This document shows, in pieces, positions 41,146 to 51,715 of a stretch of DNA of 64,000 nt. The notes below the pieces were generated by a model. That model was not told where the DNA came from and did not search any database. It saw only the letters and a list, made by a program, of their open reading frames with translations. The position numbers and the translations under genes are program-made. Each line of letters begins with the position of its first letter. Within the stretch, counting starts at the first letter, position 1. The stretch is from Candidatus Poribacteria bacterium (GTDB lineage Bacteria; Poribacteria; WGA-4E; WGA-3G): positions 1,120,001-1,184,000 of the forward strand of contig CAXXLX010000001.1 in NCBI GenBank assembly GCA_963665235.2. Direction: 5' to 3'.

Positions 41146-42098
41146 CAATATCGACAATGTGGAACGCGCTTCGGCAACAGGACGGGGCGGAACTGTTTGA
41201 CGAGCTGAAACGCCTCGGTTTCGAGACAATTGAACTCAGCCGACACCTTACACATGAACAGCTAGAACAACTTAAGCTGTCTCTCCGTGATGTTGGACAA
41301 GTACCGCCCTGCTCTATACACAATTTTTGCCCGATTTTACCCAATACCTCCCAAGCTGAAGCGGAACATGACAAAATTCTGCTGTCCAGCCTGGATACAG
41401 ATGAACGGAAAGAGGCACTCCGCCGAACCTTACAAACGATGCAACTCGCCACAGAACTGGAAATACCCACCGTGGTACTTCACCTCGGCGCAGTAGACAC
41501 GTACGACCGTTCCTATCTCATGACTGACCTTTACAACTATGGCGAACGTGAGTTTGAGGCTTTTCAGAAAAAAGTGACGGAAGCAACGGAATGGCGAAAA
41601 CGCAAAGCCGCGAAACATCAAGACGCTATACTCCGAAGTCTTGACACACTAAACGAACACGCACTCCGAATGGACCTCTACATCGCTATTGAGAATCGAC
41701 CCCACTATTATCAAATACCGAATTTTGACGAAGTCGCCTTGTGCTTCGAGAAATTCTACGGCAGCCCAACCCGCTATTGGCACGACGTTGCACATGCCGC
41801 ATACCAAGAAAAACTCGGCCTCTGCCGCGCACACGAATGGCTCGATGCATACACTGAACATCTCATCGGGGTTAACCTGCACGACATGCAAGACCTCGAA
41901 CCTTACCATCTACCAGGAACAGGCGACCTGCTGTGGGAGGCGGTGTTCGAGCAACTCCCCGCGGAGGTCGTAAAGGTATTGGAAATTCAGCACGGAGACG
42001 CGGAAGCGGTAATACAAGCCCGTGAGTTCTGTGAATCGCTAATTCAAAATATTGACAAACGTTACAATGAAGTGTATAATATTAACACTAGTTCGTAA
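41139..42098 (+). CDS. sugar phosphate isomerase/epimerase (xylose isomerase-like TIM barrel)
   Basis: VVLHLG, IAIENR, WHDVAHA, LHD, HLPGTG and VLE motifs. Confidence 0.8.
   Translation: MLAISTMWNALRQQDGAELFDELKRLGFETIELSRHLTHEQLEQLKLSLRDVGQVPPCSIHNFCPILPNTSQAEAEHDKILLSSLDTDERKEALRRTLQTMQLATELEIPTVVLHLGAVDTYDRSYLMTDLYNYGEREFEAFQKKVTEATEWRKRKAAKHQDAILRSLDTLNEHALRMDLYIAIENRPHYYQIPNFDEVALCFEKFYGSPTRYWHDVAHAAYQEKLGLCRAHEWLDAYTEHLIGVNLHDMQDLEPYHLPGTGDLLWEAVFEQLPAEVVKVLEIQHGDAEAVIQAREFCESLIQNIDKRYNEVYNINTSS
42052..42080 (+). promoter_or_regulatory. consensus sigma70 promoter of Rpn gene 2 (identical copy at 51642-51670 for gene 3)
   Basis: TTGACA-AACGTTACAATGAAGTG-TATAAT with a 17-nt spacer. Confidence 0.7.
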
Positions 42099-42127
42099 TT
42101 ATCCCTGTTTTGAAGGATAACATCCCT

Positions 42128-42965
42128 ATGAAAGATAGGACAGAAGATTTTTTTAGACAGCTACTCGAAGCATTACCGCATCAACGCTACGATATTGTAA
42201 GCAAAGGCATATTCGCGGTGTTTGCCGAGGCCTTGTTGCGACATTTTACCAAAATCCGTGACCTTGAGTTCATAGAACAGCTCGATACAGAGCTGCCAAC
42301 CGTTGAAATCCGCCGCATGGATATTTTGGCAAAGGTGCGCATTAATGGTAAAGAGGTCTTGGTGCATATAGAGTTTCAAGTCGGCAGCCAGCCCGAAACA
42401 GAAATAGTGAAACGGAAACTGGCTAATGGCTATTGGCTATTGGCTTATGGCAAGATTTTCTGATTCTAATAAGAACTCTAACGCGCGTCAGAGTCCTCTT
42501 CTTCTTTTGCCAATTGCTAATCGCCAATTGCTAATCGCTAAATTGGCATTCACGCCCCTAATGAAGCGACCGGACGATGTATCCGCGGTGGAATGGGTCG
42601 AACGGTGTCACGAACAGGTACGCACGCTGGAGCTTGACCCTGATGTTCAAGACAACCTACTACTTTGGCAATGGATTCTGAGCGGGTTAATAGTTGACCC
42701 CGAAGAAATCAAACACCTAATGGAGGTTCCCATGTTTGAATCATCCACTTATCGATATATCTTCGAACAAGGACAACAAGAAAATGCTGTCAAAAACATC
42801 TTGAGTGTCCTTGATGTTCGCTTCGGCATCGGCACAGATCAAACCTTGCAGATAGAACTCGAGCAGATAGAAGACATACAACGCCTCGAAGCACTGCACC
42901 GAACAGCTGTCCAAACAGATAGTGTCGAGGCATTCATGCAAAAATTGACTGAAAACGGAAAATAG
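42128..42965 (+). pseudogene. Rpn/YhgA-like nuclease gene 2; central ~65 codons replaced by a repeat element
   Basis: RRMDILAK..VHIEFQ, then non-homologous 42418-42543 with a stop, resuming at AFTPLMKRP; homologous to gene 1. Confidence 0.78.
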
Positions 42966-43044
42966 CCGCAGGCAGCCCCAGCAATGGATTTAGCGCGGGT
43001 TAATCGTTGACCTGTCAGACATTGCACATCTTATGGAGGTTTCC

Positions 43045-43279
43045 ATGTTTGAATCATCAACTTATCGATATATCTTCGAACAAGGACAACAAGAAATTGC
43101 TGTCAAAAACATCTTGAGTGTCCTTGACGTTCGATTCGGCATCGGCACAGACGAAACCTTGCAGATAGCTCTTGAGGCGATAGAAGACATGCAACGCCTC
43201 GAAGCACTGCACCGAACAGCTGTGCAAGGTCGATACCTTCGATGCATTCAGGCAGACCTTGACTGAAAACGGAAAATAG
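43045..43279 (+). CDS. stand-alone Rpn C-terminal domain copy 1 (RpnS-like; apparent +1 frameshift near 43227)
   Basis: GGAGG-N5-ATG, then MFESSTYRYIFEQGQQE... nearly identical to the gene 2 C-terminus. Confidence 0.6.
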
Positions 43280-43398
43280 CACCGGGCAGCTCCGCAGATG
43301 GATTTCGCGCGGGTTATAGGTATCAGCCGATAGCTTACAACCCGCGTAATCCCGTAATCCGCAATAATCCCAGATCCTGACAAAAAATGGAGGTTCCC

Positions 43399-43633
43399 AT
43401 GTTTGAATCATCTACTTATCGATATATCTACGAACAAGGGCAACGAGAAATTACTGTTAAATACACCTTGAATTGTCCTTGACGCTCGATTCGGCATCGG
43501 CACAGATGAAAACTTGCAGATAGCTCTCGAGCAGATAGAAGACATGCAACGTCTCGAAACACTGTACCGAACAGCTGTGCAAACTGATAGTGTCGAGGCA
43601 TTCATGCAAACCTTAACAGAAAACGGAAAATAA
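43399..43633 (+). CDS. stand-alone Rpn C-terminal domain copy 2 (apparent +1 frameshift near 43472)
   Basis: GGAGG-N5-ATG, then MFESSTYRYIYEQG...FMQTLTENGK*. Confidence 0.55.
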
Positions 43634-44177
43634 TACCATTTTTATTAATTATTCTATCATTACCGGTTGTTAGAAATGAAACGGAGACCCAAACGGAAGA
43701 CCACAAACTGGAAGTTTATGCTACGATAAAGCGCACAAACTGGAAGTTTATGCTACGATAAAGCGCACAAACTGGAAGTTTATGCTACGATAAAGCGCAC
43801 AAACTGGAAGTTTATGCTACGATAAAGCGCACAAACTGGAAGTTTATGCTACGATAAAGCGCACAAACTGGAAGTTTATGCTACGATAAAGCGCACAAAC
43901 TGGAAGTTTATGCTACGATAAAGCGCACAAACTGGAAGTTTATGCTACGATAAAGATAAAGCGCACAAACTGGAAGTTTATGCTACGATAAAGCGCACAA
44001 ACTGGAAGTTTATGCTACGATAAAGCGCACAAACTGGAAGTTTATGCTACGATAAAGCGCACAAACTGGAAGTTTATGCTACGATAAAGCGCACAAACTG
44101 GAAGTTTATGCTACGATAAAGCGCACAAACTGGAAGTTTATGCTACAATAAAGAGACATTTCCAATTAGAAATGGTA
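43634..44177. mobile_element. MITE-A copy 3 with 14 x 32-bp REP-like units
   Basis: Same termini; TAA duplicated at 43631-33 (a stop codon) and 44178-80. Confidence 0.88.
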
Positions 44178-44299
44178 TAACCCCGCACTGAAACATTAAC
44201 TTTACGCACCCCCTCTAAAAATTTTTATTTGACAAAATGATGCAAATTTGGCATAATCGTACTATAAACATTAATCTATTAAGAAGGAGAGATTTTTTG

Positions 44300-46401
44300 A
44301 TGATTCAAATACTAACAAAGTATAGAACTTTTGGAGGCACCTCTCATACTCCTATCCTGCCTTGTCTTGGTGCTATACAGTACGCCTGTGGACGCACAGC
44401 GCAGTGAAGCCACAGTTGCAGGAATCTGGACATTTGACGATGGTACTGCAAACGATAGTTCAAATCAAGGATTAAACGGCGTGATTGTTGGCAAACCGAA
44501 GTCCGTAAAGGGGCTCGCTAACAACGCCTTTGAATTCAATGGCACAAGCGACGGTATAAAGATTCCGGACTCACCCAGAATCAACATCACTAACAAAGTT
44601 ACAAACCGGACAATCGCAGCCCTTTTTAATTGTAGTGATGTCAACAAGGATCAGAAGCAGGTGATTTTCGAGGAGGGAGGTCAGACCCGCGGATTAGCTA
44701 TCTATGTGTTTGAAGGGAAAGTCTACATCGGCGGTTGGAATCGCGCCGAATACAACTGGGCAGGTGCATGGCCCTCCACGGACATCAAATCGAATCAATG
44801 GTACCATATCGGTCTAGTGCTAAGTCAGGCTGCTTTGGTAATTGACGGGTAAAGTTTTTTGAGTTTTATACGTGCATCGTCAGTTGTAAACCGCCAGTCG
44901 GAATATATCGGCACGTTGTTCGTTTCTTCGGTTTTGATAACGCCCGTATCTCCTTCTTTAGGGTCTCTTGGTCAGCGATCCGCTTTGAAAGACAGCCGCG
45001 GGATAGCACCGATAGTTCAATCTCCGCCATATTCAACCAACTGCCATGCTTCGGGGTATAGATGAAACTCAAGTCTTTTCGCAATACGCCGGGCTTCAGC
45101 CGGTTCAAAAGTTTATACAGCGAAGCGGTTTTATGTGTGTTGAGATTGTCACAAACGAGTGTAATCTTTTCAGCCTCCGGAAAATGGACATCCACTAGGT
45201 CTCGGCAAATGAAGGCAAAGTCAATGCTTGTGCGTCTGTCGGTTACCTCAACGTGCCGAAATCCGTCAAAGGGTGCGAAAATCATGAACAGATTACTCAC
45301 ACCATTTCGCTGGTATTGATAATCATATCGGAGCGGAGCCCCTTCAACCATGGGTAAAGGGCTTCGGGTTTCTTTGATGTGTTGTTTACTTGTTTCATCA
45401 ACACAAACTACAGGATTTTTGGTATCTTGTGGACACTGATAGACTTCGAGAACATCTTCCATCGCTGCAACGAACTCCGCATTTGATTCGGGAGGAATAC
45501 ACCATTGCTTTATTAGCCAAGGGCTAAAACCGATTTTTTTAGGACCCGGCGTATGGTCTCGTGAGATATGCTATCAAAATGTTCCAATCTCCACCATTAT
45601 TTTCCGCTAACATCGAAGCGTCCATCTCGCACACCTCTGGCGGTTCCGAGCAAACTAAAGCGATTAGATGTGCTTCTTTTTCACCATCAAACTTTTTGCC
45701 TGGGGTGTCTGAACGCTTTTTCGGGTTGAGTGCGGCTGTGAGGTTTTCAAGCACAAAGGCTTTACGGGTTGCAAACGATAGTTCTCAATAGCCCGGTATT
45801 GCTTCAACAGCCTTTTTATTTTATCATCAAGTAGGCGGGTCCGAACTCGCCTTCATCGGCTTTCAAGAGGATCCGGGCACGGCCCTAAGTTTGCGTGCCG
45901 ATTCTTTCCCAGAAGATATCAGAGTAAGGAGATAATCTCGTTGGGTCAGATCAAGAATGACTTGATATTGTTTTGCTGCCATAATAGACTCGGCGGTTAT
46001 GAATCGCGCACGAATACAACTCATGCATACCCTTTATCAATCAACTATCAAGCAATGACCTAACACTAGTCATTCGCAACGCTGCCGCAAAGGTGGAAAA
46101 AGACAAGCTTGAAATGTGGCTTGATGGCGAACTTATTGCCAAAGAATCGGGCGGGCTGCTGAATCCACACGCCGATGATAACGGCATCGGTTTCCTCAAT
46201 CAAAATTCCTTCTATCATGATGGCGGACGCGGAGCTACCAACACCGACTGGTTCGGCGGCCTAATTGACGAAGTTATTATCTACGGCTCCGCTTTTAACA
46301 AGGCGGATTTTCAGGCAGTCGCACAGCCGCTAAGTGTCGAACCAGCAGGAAAATTCACAACGACCTGGGCAAACCTAAAGACCCGGCGAACGCAAAACTA
46401 G
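44300..46401 (+). pseudogene. secreted LamG-like domain protein interrupted by IS630
   Basis: Excising 44817-46066 plus one TA gives WYHIGL|VIRNAAAKVEKDKLEMWLDG, colinear with the downstream paralog; additional frameshift near 44335. Confidence 0.82.
44817..46066 (-). mobile_element. IS630-family insertion sequence with frameshifted transposase (start ~45982)
   Basis: VVCVDET, DNLNTH and YTPKHGSWLNMAEIE motifs; imperfect TIR GTG(C/T)TA(A/G)GTCA; TA duplication within CTAG. Confidence 0.9.
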
Positions 46402-46516
46402 GTTTATCAAGATTTAGGCAATGTACCACTCGGCACCAAAACGAGCCTATCGGGTTCAATTGCGTAAATTCTACTTACTACAACGCGGAGACATCTCCGC
46501 AGAGGAGAAGAAAAAA

Positions 46517-47350
46517 ATGACAAAATTTATCTCTATTTTCACTGTTTTACTCATGCTCGTCGCTCTATCTGTCCACGCAGCAAGAGACGAAGCAACGGCT
46601 AGAGCTATTTGGACCTTTGATGAAGGCAATGCTGCTGATACCTCCGGCAACAATGTCAACGGAAATTTAGTCGGTGACCCTGAAGTTGTCGACGGTATCG
46701 TCGGAAAAGCATTTCAATTCGACGGGATAGATGATGGTATCAAATTACCGGATGCCAACGGGCTCAACACAGGCGGCCCCTTCACGAACAGAACGATTGC
46801 GGCTTACTTCAAATGTGACGACGTTAGTGTCACAGACCAAAAACAGACTATCTTTGAATCGGGCGGTCGGACCCGCGGTTTCGTTGTCAATGTCTTTGAT
46901 GGACGCGTCTACGTAGGGGCGTGGAACCGTGCCGAGTACCGATGGGAGGGGGCATGGCCCTCTGCCGCTGTCGACTCTGGCAGATGGTATCACGTTGCAT
47001 TAGTCCTCCGGGATACGAAGAACGCCGTTGAAGATGACAAATTTGAGCTGTGGCTCGATGGAGAAAAGATTGCCAGCGAACCCGGCGGTCAGCTCAACGC
47101 ACACGCGGACGATATCGGTATAGCACATACCAACACAAACGCTGTTTTCCACGATGACGATGGAGCTGGCACTAACATTCACTACTTTGGCGGCACTATT
47201 GATGAGGTTATTGTCTATAACTCCGCATTTGATGCCGATGATTTCGCGGAATATGCTGATGTCATTCAGGCAGCTACAAGTGTTGAACCACAAGGCAAAT
47301 TTACCACAACATGGGGAACGTTGAAAGCACAACGCATAGGCATGCGATAG
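46517..47350 (+). CDS. secreted LamG-like (concanavalin A-like) domain protein
   Basis: Signal peptide, IWTFDEG, WYHVALV, GTIDEVIVYN, C-terminal SVEPQGKFTTTWGTLK. Confidence 0.85.
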   Translation: MTKFISIFTVLLMLVALSVHAARDEATARAIWTFDEGNAADTSGNNVNGNLVGDPEVVDGIVGKAFQFDGIDDGIKLPDANGLNTGGPFTNRTIAAYFKCDDVSVTDQKQTIFESGGRTRGFVVNVFDGRVYVGAWNRAEYRWEGAWPSAAVDSGRWYHVALVLRDTKNAVEDDKFELWLDGEKIASEPGGQLNAHADDIGIAHTNTNAVFHDDDGAGTNIHYFGGTIDEVIVYNSAFDADDFAEYADVIQAATSVEPQGKFTTTWGTLKAQRIGMR

Positions 47351-47434
47351 ACATTATGCGGCTTTGATTCAGATCTAACAAGGCAAGCTAATCATTTTCG
47401 ATACCATTGGACAAAAGGTTTCTTATCTCACGCA

Positions 47435-47466
47435 GCACGGTAGTTTTTTATCTGCCGTGCTTTTCT
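47435..47466 (+). terminator. putative intrinsic terminator
   Basis: AGCACGGTAG...CTGCCGTGCT followed by T residues. Confidence 0.5.
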
Positions 47467-47555
47467 GTTCCTGCCAAAATGGCACAATCCAAAACACAAT
47501 CCTGCCCTTTAAGATTTCCAGACGGTTCACCGTGTCAAAAAGACCCGATAAACAT

Positions 47556-47570
47556 TGGCATAAATTTTGC
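47556..47570 (+). promoter_or_regulatory. sigma54 (-24/-12) promoter upstream of clpB
   Basis: TGGCATAAATTTTGC fits TGGCA-N6-TTGC with exact GG/GC spacing; palindrome TGCCAAAATGGCA at ~47472. Confidence 0.55.
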
Positions 47571-47650
47571 TATAACCTAAGCCTAAAATAACGTGAGTTT
47601 GAAAAAAAGTTTTTGACCTGCGGTGTCCTCCGATATTTTTAGCGAAGACA

Positions 47651-47960
47651 GCACAAACTAGGAAGTATGTGCTACAAAATAAAATCCAAAGCACAAACTA
47701 GGAAGTATGTGCTACAAAATAAAATCCAAAGCACAAACTAGGAAGTATGTGCTACAAAATAAAATCCAAAGCACAAACTAGGAAGTATGTGCTACAAAAT
47801 AAAATCCAAAGCACAAACTAGGAAGTATGTGCTACAAAATAAAATCCAAAGCACAAACTAGGAAGTATGTGCTACAAAATAAAATCCAAAAGCACAAACT
47901 AGGAAGTATGTGCTACAAAATAAAATCCAAAGCACAAACTAGGAAGTATGTGCTACAAAA
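47651..47960 (-). repeat. 8 x 40-bp tandem REP-like units in the clpB leader
   Basis: Unit GCACAAACTAGGAAGTATGTGCTACAAAATAAAATCCAAA; reverse complement of the core starts with GTAG. Confidence 0.9.
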
Positions 47961-47984
47961 TACAAATCGCAAAGGAGCTATAAA

Positions 47985-50564
47985 ATGAGACTCGATAGAT
48001 TTACAATTAAAGCACAAGAAGCACTACAAACCGCACAAACGTTAGCAAGCGAAGCACAAAACCCGGAGCTTGGCGTTGAGCATCTGATGCTCTCCCTTAT
48101 CGAACAGACAGATGGCATTGTCACGCCAATTTTGCAGAAATTAGGGGCGGACATCCACGGAATTACCGAGGCACTTGCCGCAGTCGTTCAAAAAAAACCC
48201 ACTGTACAAGGTGCAACCTCGGAACTGCAGCTCTCCGCCGCACTTCAAACTGTCTTAGAGACTGCTCTCAAAGAGGCGACATCACTTAAAGATGAATACG
48301 TTAGTACAGACCATCTCCTGATTGCCTGTGCTGAATCGAAGCAGAGCCAAGCCGGACAAATTCTACGGGACGCTGGCGTAACGAAGGACAAAATCCTCAA
48401 ATCCCTCGTTGACATTCGTGGCACCCAACGGATAACCGACCGGAATCCGGAGGACAAATATCAAGCACTCACCCGATTTGGTAGAGAGCTCACACAAGAG
48501 GCACTCGCCGGCACACTTGACCCTGTTATCGGGCGGGATGATGAAATCCGACGCCTGATGCAAGTCCTCTCCCGAAGACGCAAAAACAATCCTGTCCTGA
48601 TTGGTGAACCGGGAGTCGGGAAAACGGCTATCGTGGAAGGCTTGGCACAGCGGATTGCGGATGGAGACGTACCGGAAACCCTGCGCGAAAAACGGCTCAT
48701 CGCGCTGGACCTTGGCGCACTTATCGCTGGCAGTAAATATCGCGGTGAATTTGAAGACCGACTCAAAGCGGTCCTCAAAGACATAGAACAGGCAGCGGGA
48801 CAGGTTATCCTCTTCATCGACGAACTCCATACCATTGTCGGGGCGGGTGCAGCGGAAGGCGCAGTGGACGCATCTAACATGCTCAAACCCGCCCTTGCAC
48901 GCGGCGAATTGCGATGCATCGGTGCAACTACACTCGATGAATATAGGAAACATATCGAAAAAGATGCAGCCCTCGAACGCCGATTCCAACCCGTTCAGGT
49001 ATATGAACCCTCCGTTGAAGGGACAATCGCTATCCTCCGGGGCTTGAAGGAACGATATGAAACACATCACGGCGTACAAATCCAAGACAACGCTATTGTC
49101 GCCGCAGCTACGCTCTCAAAACGGTACATCGCTGACCGATTCCTGCCCGATAAAGCGGTTGACCTCATGGACGAAGCGGCATCCCGATTGCGCATCGAAA
49201 TCGATAGCGTCCCCGAGCAAATCGATGATGTCGAACGCCGGATCATCCAACTCCAAATTGAACAGCAGGCCCTCGAAAAAGAGGAAGACGAGGCATCAAA
49301 ACAACGTCTCGATAAACTGAACGGCGAACTCGCTGAACTCAAAGAGAAAGCGAACACCCTAAAAACCAAATGGCAAAACGAAAAAGCAAACCTGGTACAG
49401 ATTCGAAAACTGATGGAACAGGTTGAAGCACTCCGCACTGAATCCGAACAGGCGAAGCGCGCCGGCAACCTCGCCAAAGCGTCAGAGCTGGAATACGGCA
49501 AAATACCTGCACTTGAAGCACAACTTAAATCGCTACGGGAAACGCTTGAAACAACAGCGAACGGCACACAGATGCTAAAAGAACGGGTCAGTGCTGAAGA
49601 TATCGCCGAAATTGTCGCAAAATGGACAGGCATCCCCGTTTACCGACTTATGGAAGGCGAAACGCAAAAACTGCTCCACATGGAAGAACGACTCCGAGAA
49701 CAGGTCATCGGACAGGATGAGGCGGTCTCTGCTGTTGCTAACGCAATTCGCCGCTCACGTGTTGGGCTCAGCGACCCGGAGCGACCCCTCGGCTCGTTCC
49801 TCTTCATGGGACCGACCGGTGTCGGAAAAACGCACCTGGCAAAATCCCTTGCAGAATTTCTGTTCGACGATGTCAACGCTATGATACGTATCGATATGAG
49901 TGAATACATGGAAAAGCATACCGTCTCCAAGCTTATCGGCGCACCCCCAGGCTACATCGGATACGATGAAGGTGGACAACTCACCGAAGCGGTCAGACGA
50001 CACCCATATTGTGTTATCCTCCTAGACGAAGTCGAAAAGGCGCACCCTGAGGTGTTTAATGTCCTCCTCCAGATGCTTGATGATGGCAGAATGACCGATG
50101 GACACGGCCGAACGGTCGATTTTAAGAATACTGTTGTTATCATGACCTCTAATATCGGCAGTCAATGGATTAGCGACACCGAACTCACTGCACCCGACAT
50201 TCACAAGAAAGTGATGAACGCTTTACAGGCACATTTCCCACCGGAATTTCTAAACCGTATCGATAACCTAATCATTTTTGAACGGCTCGGCATTGATGAA
50301 TTGAAACAGATTGTCACCCTTGAACTTGCAAAACTGAGCGGACGGTTTGCCGAAAAGGATATGACGCTAACGCTCACCGAAACCGCAAAGGCGGAACTTG
50401 TCACACGCGGATTTGATGCTGTATACGGCGCACGTCCCTTGCGACGAACACTCCAACGTGATATTCTCAATCCGTTGGCAATTCAGATGCTTGAAGGCAA
50501 TTTCCACAATGGCGATGCTGTCACCGTCGATGTCGCAGATGACGCATTCGTCTTCCGTAATTAA
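47985..50564 (+). CDS. clpB: ATP-dependent chaperone ClpB
   Basis: Two AAA+ modules ([16 protein letters not shown]) with a long coiled-coil middle domain. Confidence 0.96.
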   Translation: MRLDRFTIKAQEALQTAQTLASEAQNPELGVEHLMLSLIEQTDGIVTPILQKLGADIHGITEALAAVVQKKPTVQGATSELQLSAALQTVLETALKEATSLKDEYVSTDHLLIACAESKQSQAGQILRDAGVTKDKILKSLVDIRGTQRITDRNPEDKYQALTRFGRELTQEALAGTLDPVIGRDDEIRRLMQVLSRRRKNNPVLIGEPGVGKTAIVEGLAQRIADGDVPETLREKRLIALDLGALIAGSKYRGEFEDRLKAVLKDIEQAAGQVILFIDELHTIVGAGAAEGAVDASNMLKPALARGELRCIGATTLDEYRKHIEKDAALERRFQPVQVYEPSVEGTIAILRGLKERYETHHGVQIQDNAIVAAATLSKRYIADRFLPDKAVDLMDEAASRLRIEIDSVPEQIDDVERRIIQLQIEQQALEKEEDEASKQRLDKLNGELAELKEKANTLKTKWQNEKANLVQIRKLMEQVEALRTESEQAKRAGNLAKASELEYGKIPALEAQLKSLRETLETTANGTQMLKERVSAEDIAEIVAKWTGIPVYRLMEGETQKLLHMEERLREQVIGQDEAVSAVANAIRRSRVGLSDPERPLGSFLFMGPTGVGKTHLAKSLAEFLFDDVNAMIRIDMSEYMEKHTVSKLIGAPPGYIGYDEGGQLTEAVRRHPYCVILLDEVEKAHPEVFNVLLQMLDDGRMTDGHGRTVDFKNTVVIMTSNIGSQWISDTELTAPDIHKKVMNALQAHFPPEFLNRIDNLIIFERLGIDELKQIVTLELAKLSGRFAEKDMTLTLTETAKAELVTRGFDAVYGARPLRRTLQRDILNPLAIQMLEGNFHNGDAVTVDVADDAFVFRN

Positions 50565-50580
50565 ACGTAAGTTGCCCATC

Positions 50581-50607
50581 GTAGGGGCGAGGTCACCTCG
50601 CCCCTAC
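50581..50607 (+). repeat. GTAG palindrome after clpB (related copy at ~13732-13758)
   Basis: GTAGGGGCGAGG-TCA-CCTCGCCCCTAC perfect hairpin. Confidence 0.7.
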
Positions 50608-50717
50608 GGCGGGCGCGATTGTAGGGAAACCGTTCATTGACCATCTATAAACGTTACAAGCGCGAGGGTTTCTGCCCCCGCTTCTCAGTCCTGTAGGGAC
50701 GATATGTTTATAGAACA

Positions 50718-50868
50718 ACGTGAGTTTGAAAAAAGTTTTGACCTAGAGCGTTCTCTGGTAGTTTTAGCAAAAAACTGCACAAACTAGGAAGTATGTGCTA
50801 CAATGATGCTGCTTTTTTCTCGGTGAAAAAGGTTTAGAGCAAACGGATATTTATTATCAAGTTCACTT
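50718..50868. mobile_element. MITE-B with one REP unit, nested in a family-C repeat
   Basis: Imperfect TIR ACGTGAGTTTGA / TCAAGTTCACTT flanked by direct repeat TAGAACA; related ends at ~47591, ~62734 and ~16420-16449. Confidence 0.6.
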
Positions 50869-50889
50869 TAGAACAACAAAACGACCCTG

Positions 50890-51595
50890 TCCTAGTCCCG
50901 TAGGGACGATATCTTTCTAGAAAACCCAAACAACACACAAACTAGCCCCAGCGGGGCGATATCTTTATAGAAAACGCAACCACACACAAACTAGTCCCGT
51001 AGGGACGATATCTTTCTAGAAAACCCAAACAACACACAAACTAGCCCCGTAGGGACGATATCTTTATAGAAAACGCAACCACACACAAACTAGCCCCGTA
51101 GGGGCGATATCTTTATAGAAAACGCAACCACACACAAACTAGCCCCAGCGGGGCGATATCTTTCTAGAAAACGCAACCACACACAAACTAGCCCCAGTAG
51201 GGGCGATATCTTTCTAGAAAACCCAAACAACACACAAACTAGTCCCGTATCTTTATAGACGATATCTTTCTAGAAAACGCAACCGGTTGTTAGAAACACA
51301 AAGACCCAAACTAAAAGTTTATCCCAAACTGGTTTATGGGACGAGTTTATCTTTCTAGATGGTATTAAATCCCAAACAACGATTGACACAAACTAGTGTA
51401 TAATATTAACCCGTGAAGGGACGATATCAGATTCTAGAAAACCCAAACAACACACAAACTAGCCCCGTAGGGACGATATCTTTCTAGAAAACGCAACCAC
51501 ACACAAACATTAGTCCCGTAGGGACGATATCTTTGGCGAAGGTAGAAAACGCAACCACACACAAACTAGCCCCAGCGGGGCGATATCTTTATAGA
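50890..51595 (+). repeat. tandem array of family-C hairpin repeats (~52-bp period), scrambled in its central part
   Basis: Repeated CACACAAACTAG(C/T)CCC...GGG(A/G)CGATATCTTT(A/C)TAGAAAAC. Confidence 0.8.
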
Positions 51596-51715
51596 ATGTT
51601 GGTTATTAGAATCACAACCTCTTGCCAATCGCTAATAACGATTGACAAACGTTACAATGAAGTGTATAATATTAACATGCATAATTATCCCAGCTTTGAA
51701 GGATAACATCCCATC

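Noticed and set aside
42732-43633. Diversity-generating retroelement TR/VR pair among the Rpn C-terminal copies or the FGE-domain gene
   Set aside because: No reverse transcriptase in the window, and the differences between copies do not appear restricted to adenines.
48245-50579. Long antisense ORFs opposite clpB (likewise opposite the VWA, lamin-tail and nuo genes)
   Set aside because: Shadow ORFs produced by codon bias of the real genes.
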